In this document: positions 59,408 through 64,000 of the stretch, piece after piece
Layout of the letters: every line of letters starts with the position of its first letter
How positions within the stretch are numbered: position 1 is the first letter of the stretch
Origin: Spirochaetia bacterium
GTDB taxonomy: Bacteria; Spirochaetota; Spirochaetia; SZUA-6; Bin103
Reading direction: 5' to 3'
NCBI GenBank assembly: GCA_965208575.1
Contig: CBDBOV010000004.1
Coordinates: 992,001-1,056,000 of the forward strand
DNA: 64,000 bases
Position numbers and translations under genes: made by a program
The notes under the pieces: generated by a model
Databases searched by the model: none
Seen by the model: only the letters and a program-made list of their open reading frames with translations
What the model was told of the DNA's origin: nothing

Positions 59408-60261
59408 GCCGCTGGCGCTTCGCGGCGGCCGCGGACCTGGCACCGGTGGCGAGCGCCGTGTGCGAACGGGAGTGGGCGTACGTACCGTTCAGCGCCCGCC
59501 TCGCCGAGTCCACGCCGAGCGCCCGCTGGCCGTGGCCAACGTGGAGCGTGCTGGTTGGCGGGCACCCTCCGTCCGGCTCCGGACCCTCCCCGGCGCTGCT
59601 GGTGACGCGCTCCGGCCTGGTGCTGCCGGCGCTTGGCGGCGACCTGCCGCTGCCGCGTGCCCTGCGTCCGCTGGTCCAGCGCGCATGCGGCCGGCTGCAC
59701 TCCGCCATGGGTCTCCGTACCGAGGTAGCCCGCGTCCAGGAACTGCTCGGGCGCGGCTACGCGGTGGTCGACTACCTGCTGATGACCGTGGACGCCGCCT
59801 CCTGCCGCGCCGCCGCCGCGCCGCCGGAACTGCGCCTGCAGCGCGCGCGCACGCGCGACGCGAAGCGGCTGTTCGACCTGCAGCGCGCCTACGAACTGGA
59901 AGAGGTGCTGCTCGACGGCTCCCGGTTCAACGCCGACCAGTGCCTGCGGCTGCTGCGCCGCGGCCTGCAGCGCGAGCTGGTCTACTTCGGCACCGTGCGC
60001 GGGCACCCGGTCACCAAGGCGGGCACCAACGCGCGTGGCTTCGCGGTCGACCAGATCGGCGGCGTGTTCACCGACGAGGGGCGGCGCAGGCGCGGCTACG
60101 GCGCCGCGGTCATGACGGTCCTGCTGCGCACCCTGTTCGCCGCCGGCAAGTCGGCCACCCTGTTCGTGAAGCCGGACAACCGGGCCGCCATCCGCCTCTA
60201 CGAGGATCTCGGCTTCGTCACCCGCGACCAATACCGCATCTGCTACTACCGCGCCTACTAG
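59404..60261 (+). CDS. GNAT-family acetyltransferase
   Basis: QIGGVFT...RRRGYG, LFVKPDNRAAIRLYEDLGF. Confidence 0.85.
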   Translation: MSRWRFAAAADLAPVASAVCEREWAYVPFSARLAESTPSARWPWPTWSVLVGGHPPSGSGPSPALLVTRSGLVLPALGGDLPLPRALRPLVQRACGRLHSAMGLRTEVARVQELLGRGYAVVDYLLMTVDAASCRAAAAPPELRLQRARTRDAKRLFDLQRAYELEEVLLDGSRFNADQCLRLLRRGLQRELVYFGTVRGHPVTKAGTNARGFAVDQIGGVFTDEGRRRRGYGAAVMTVLLRTLFAAGKSATLFVKPDNRAAIRLYEDLGFVTRDQYRICYYRAY

Positions 60262-60290
60262 CAGCGTGTCGGAGTCCGCGCGCCCCCTAT

Positions 60291-60346
60291 TGCCTCACGT
60301 AAAAATCTAACCTTACGGTGAGCGTGCCTCACGTAAGAATCTAACC
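60291..60346. repeat. Two 22-bp direct repeats tgcctcacgtaa(a/g)aatctaacc (putative transposase-binding sites)
   Basis: 60291-60312 and 60325-60346, one mismatch. Confidence 0.8.
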
Positions 60347-60583
60347 GAAAGGGAGGCGGAGAACGAGGGGGGAGCGCGAGGGGGGAGACTCATAAATTGT
60401 GGATAAGTGGATAGGCTGCTGGGCGACCGGCCGGGTTGATTCAAGCACACCAACGCGACCGGGGGCGTATCTGGTTGGTCGGCGCGGATGAGGAGGCGTC
60501 AACGGCAGGGAGGTGGTCGGTGCCGTGTCGTGTCGCTGACCGAAGAGGGGGCGGACGGGTCTGGAGGCGACTTCGGTGCTGGT

Positions 60584-60715
60584 GACACGGGGATGTCCAG
60601 ACACCACCTCGTGTCGCGGAGAGGCCTTACAGCGCGGCTGAGGCGACATTTCTTGACGCCGACCGTCTGGCTCACGGATATACGGGCGTCAGAGACGCTC
60701 AGAAGTCATTTGCCG
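60584..60715. repeat. Diverged ~130-bp direct repeat, copy 1
   Basis: gacacgggg..tccagacaccacctcgtgtcg..ggccttacagcgcggctgaggcgac...cgtcaga...gtcatttgccg matches 62556-62690. Confidence 0.8.
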
Positions 60716-60974
60716 AGCCGGGTGATGCCGCCCACGCCGCGAGCGGCGCGCAGGTTGCTGCGGAGCGCACGGAGCGAGGCGCCCCGGACAACTGCACCGA
60801 GGTGCGTTGCCCGGGGCAGGGTCATGACAATTCCCCACCGCCGGGACGGGGTAGGCGACGAGGTTGCGACACCGGAGCCGTCGGGATCGAACGGGGCGGA
60901 GGAGATGCTGTACCCCGCTGACGGACGGAGGGCGTAGCCCGACCGGAGTCAGCCGGCGCGGTGCCGTGGAGGCC

Positions 60975-62530
60975 ACCGTGGACGACGCCGAGATGGCGGA
61001 CCAGGCAGCCAAGCTGCTCGCTTCCGGGATGAGCGGCTCAGCCTGCGCTCGCGAACTCGGCATCCCGGTGAGCACCTTCAACGAGAACCGCCGCGCCGGC
61101 GTCATCACAGATCCCACCCGGGAGCCCGCCGCCAGCGCCGAGGTTGCGCCGGCGGCCACCACCACTGATCACCCGGTCAGCACCGCCGCCGCGGTCAGCG
61201 ACCCGGCGGTCGCCACTGAGCGCGCCAGCCGCGACGCCCGCGACAAGCACGCGCCCATGGGCCGCGCGGCGCGCGACGTGGAACGCCGCACGCTCGCCAG
61301 AGCCGGCCTGCTGACCGAGGCCACACCAGCGTTCGTCGAGCCCGCCCACGCGGTCGCTGGCGGCGGCGTGCTGGCCGCACTGGCGATGCTGCTGCGCGAG
61401 GGCCTGCTCACCGCCGCCAACCGCCTGTTCCGCCTGCCGGCCGGATTCTACGGCCTGACCACCATCCTCCTGTTCGTCGCCTGCATGACCCTGGCCCGGG
61501 TGCGCAACCCCGAGAGCCTGCGCTACCAGGCACCCGGCGAGTGGGGCGCCATCCTCGGCCTCGACCGCTGTCCGGAGACCAAGACGCTGCGCCGCAAGAT
61601 CAGGCTGCTGGCCAGCGCCGAGCACACCGTGCGCGATTGGCAATCGGTACTGGCGCGTACCTGGGCCAGCGAGCACGACGACGACTGGACGACGCTGGCC
61701 GTGGATGGCCACGTGAAGGTGTACACCGGGCGCAACGGGCGGTTGCCGAAACACTTCGTCGCACGCCAGAAGCTGTGTCTGCCGGCGTCGGTGAGCTACT
61801 GGATCAACGCCCTCGGCGGCGCACCGCTGCTGTGCCTGCACAAGGCGCTGGACCCGAAGCCGGTGAATGCGATCAAGCACGACGTGGTGCCGCAGTTGCA
61901 GCACCTGGGGGTGGTGACCGAAGCGGCCCCCGACCTGACCGGAGCACCGGCCGGTACCCCGCAGCTGACCCTGGTGTTCGACCGCGAGGGCTGGAGCCCG
62001 GACCTGTTCAAGCGCCTGGCCCGGCGTGGCATCGCCTGCATCACCTGGCACAAGAACTTCAACGGCGCGGACTGGCTGCCGGAAGACTTCCACACCTTCG
62101 AGGTACCGATCCATGGTCCCGCCGGCACCAGCACGACTGCGGTTGATCTGGCCGAGCAGCCGATCATGCTGCGCAACGGGCTGGTGGTGCGCCAGATCCG
62201 GCGGCGTCTGGCCAACGGTCGTCAGGTGGCGGTGATCACCACGCACCCGCAGATGCCGTTGGCGCAGGTCGCCGGCGCCATGTTCTCGCGCTGGTCGCAG
62301 GAGAACTTCTTCAAGTACCTGCGCGAGCAGTTCAACCTTGACGCGCTGCCGAGCCATGACCTTGCGCCGCCGGAGCCCGACGCACGGGTCGTGAACCGGT
62401 GCGCCGGGCCCTGGAAAAGAGCATCAGGCGGGTACGCAGCCGGCTGGCAGCGGTCCGCAATCGCCTCGCCGAGGCACTGCAGGGACGGCACCGGGACTCC
62501 GCCACCCGGCTTACGGTCGCGGATAAAGTT
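60975..62530 (+). pseudogene. Decayed DDE transposase (truncated, frameshifted near 62395)
   Basis: HTH, DGHVKVY, VFDREGWS, MFSRWSQENFFKY; ...VVN then continues as VRRALEK in another frame and stops early. Confidence 0.75.
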
Positions 62531-62555
62531 GCACTGAATTGCATGGTTATGCATA

Positions 62556-62690
62556 GACACGGGGGTATCCAGACACCACCTCGTGTCGTGGAGGGGCCTT
62601 ACAGCGCGGCTGAGGCGACGTTTTCTCATCGCTGACCGCCCATTCTCCGATTATCGACCGTCAGACCCGCCTGAGAGGGTCATTTTGCCG
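62556..62690. repeat. Diverged ~130-bp direct repeat, copy 2 (overlaps the transposase stop)
   Basis: Near-identical 65-bp core shared with 60584-60647. Confidence 0.8.
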
Positions 62691-63954
62691 TGCGACCGCT
62701 GCCACCACGCTCCTCGCTCGGTGTTTGCACCGTGCTTGGTGCGGCCTTGGCGGTCTTGCTGACGTTCAGCTGCAGCAGATCCTCGGTCAACCTGGTCAGC
62801 TCGCGCTTGAGGGCGACCGGATTCAACGTCGCGTACTGCTGCTTGAGGCGGTTCTTCACCTTCTCGCTCACCGACTCGGAGGCCAGCATGCGGTGATACG
62901 GCGTCTGCGGGTCGTCATAGATGCGGCGCACCTTGCTGCCGGTGCGGGTTTTCTTCACCAGCTTCACCGAGGGATAGAAGAAGTTCACCAGCAGGCACAG
63001 CGGGCGGTATATCGCGTTGAGGGCAGCCAGTTCCCGGTCGGTGTCGTAACGCAGGTGGCCGACCGCCCGTCGCACCACGTGGCCATTCTTCTGCTCGACG
63101 TAGCAGGTGTCGTTCTTGCGATGCGGGCGACCCCGAGTGAACGTGATGCCGTGCGCTTCGCAATAGCGCAGCAAATGATGATTGATGAACTCGCTGCCGT
63201 TGTCGGTGTCGATCCCCCGCATCACGATCGGCAGGCTCTGCCGGGCAGCGTCGATCGCCTCGTGGGTCCAGCGCTGCGCCTTGTTCTGCACGCCGTACAG
63301 GTCGACCCAGCCGGTGTCAACGTCGGTGATGGTGAGCGTGTGGCAGAAGTCGCCTGACGCGTTGCCGCCTTCATGGCCCACCAAGTCGATCTCGAAGAAG
63401 CCCGGCTCCTGCTCGTCCCAGTCAGCGAAGGTTCGGATCGCGATCTGATCCTTCAGGAGGGTGCCCGGCTTGGTGTGCGTGCGACCCTTCAGGCGCAGCC
63501 GTGCGCGCTCCTGCTGCAGCAGCCGGTCGATGGTCGCGGCGCTGATGGTCTGCAGCTTGCCGCGCACCGCTGCGGTCAGCTCGATCTCGCCGAACGACTC
63601 CAGCGTCGGCAGCATGGTGCGCAGCACGACCACCAGGCGCTTGCCGCACATGCAGTCGAACACGTACCAGATCAGCTTCAGAGCGACCAGCACCTCCTGG
63701 TCGTAGCGCCGCGGTCGCACGCGGCGCTGGGCAGGCCGCGGACGCCCGACCACCAGCTTCACCAGTGTGCCGTCGACTCGCACCATGCGGGTCCGTCCCC
63801 ACCAGGTCAACAGATGGATCGCGTACTTGCGCTGGTACCCGGTCGACTCGACGAACTCGTCGAGTATGCGCCCCTTCTCCTTCTTGCCCGCCCGACGATA
63901 CCGCTGCGCGTGCTGCTCGGTGAGCTCTCGCCTTGAACTCATCTTCAACCCCAT
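62680..63954 (-). CDS. rve/integrase-core DDE transposase (IS481-related/ISNCY-like)
   Basis: RYRRAGKKEKGRILDEF, ISAATIDRLL, PGFFEIDLVGH, TDVDTGW, DTDNGSEF, KNDTCYVEQKN; GGAGG RBS. Confidence 0.9.
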   Translation of the reverse strand: MGLKMSSRRELTEQHAQRYRRAGKKEKGRILDEFVESTGYQRKYAIHLLTWWGRTRMVRVDGTLVKLVVGRPRPAQRRVRPRRYDQEVLVALKLIWYVFDCMCGKRLVVVLRTMLPTLESFGEIELTAAVRGKLQTISAATIDRLLQQERARLRLKGRTHTKPGTLLKDQIAIRTFADWDEQEPGFFEIDLVGHEGGNASGDFCHTLTITDVDTGWVDLYGVQNKAQRWTHEAIDAARQSLPIVMRGIDTDNGSEFINHHLLRYCEAHGITFTRGRPHRKNDTCYVEQKNGHVVRRAVGHLRYDTDRELAALNAIYRPLCLLVNFFYPSVKLVKKTRTGSKVRRIYDDPQTPYHRMLASESVSEKVKNRLKQQYATLNPVALKRELTRLTEDLLQLNVSKTAKAAPSTVQTPSEERGGSGRTAK

Positions 63955-64000
63955 CTCCTCCGGAACCTCCTCACGTCCCTCGGAGAGGCTCCAACCGGAC

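Larger units (their letters stand above)
60267..64000 (-). mobile_element. Nested/composite transposon region (rve-type DDE element plus decayed cargo); other end lies outside the window
   Basis: TGT terminus 5 bp after the GNAT stop, tandem 22-bp sites, diverged direct repeats, two transposases. Confidence 0.65.

Noticed and set aside
60291-60346. 22-bp direct repeats as a mini-CRISPR
   Set aside because: Only two copies, a 12-bp spacer and no cas genes; the position next to a TGT terminus fits transposon-end sites.
62530-62556. dif/attI-like site at the cargo junction (ttgcatggttatgcata)
   Set aside because: It does not match the XerC/XerD or GTTRRRY consensus well, and no tyrosine recombinase is present.

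Overview
High-GC bacterial chromosome segment, most likely from a Spirochaetota bacterium. This is inferred from a Borrelia-like HMG-CoA synthase, an archaeal/eukaryotic-type ProRS and the infC-rpmI-rplT-zapB-zapA-TPR-tsaE-tsaB gene order. The Rpn, Calx-beta, arylsulfotransferase and IS content would fit a host-associated (for example marine sponge) symbiont, but that is inference only. Most of the window is housekeeping and transport genes: a betaine-type ABC transporter, a PBP, proS, leuB, hpt, a PreP peptidase, a sulfite oxidase, cysteine desulfurase-thiI, hisHF, metXW, ribosomal genes, a Gld-like ABC system, vapBC, a lipoate ligase and nagZ. Three regions stand out. (1) 16.9-26.3 kb: a translationally coupled mvaS-crtE-crtY-crtI-crtB-[crtT::crtU fusion]-crtV operon, a predicted aryl-carotenoid (isorenieratene-type) pathway. 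(2) 27.7-35.5 kb: an accessory island with a low-GC Cys-rich lipoprotein, an Rpn nuclease with an internal start, an arylsulfotransferase, a Calx-beta lipoprotein split by an intact IS3, and a perfect (TG)42 tract. (3) 60.27-64 kb: a nested transposon with a TGT end, tandem 22-bp sites, ~130-bp diverged direct repeats and two DDE transposases. Many genes appear leaderless (TANNNT, then 7-8 nt, then the start codon). No rRNA, tRNA or CRISPR array was seen. All calls come from reading motifs by eye; no database search was run.
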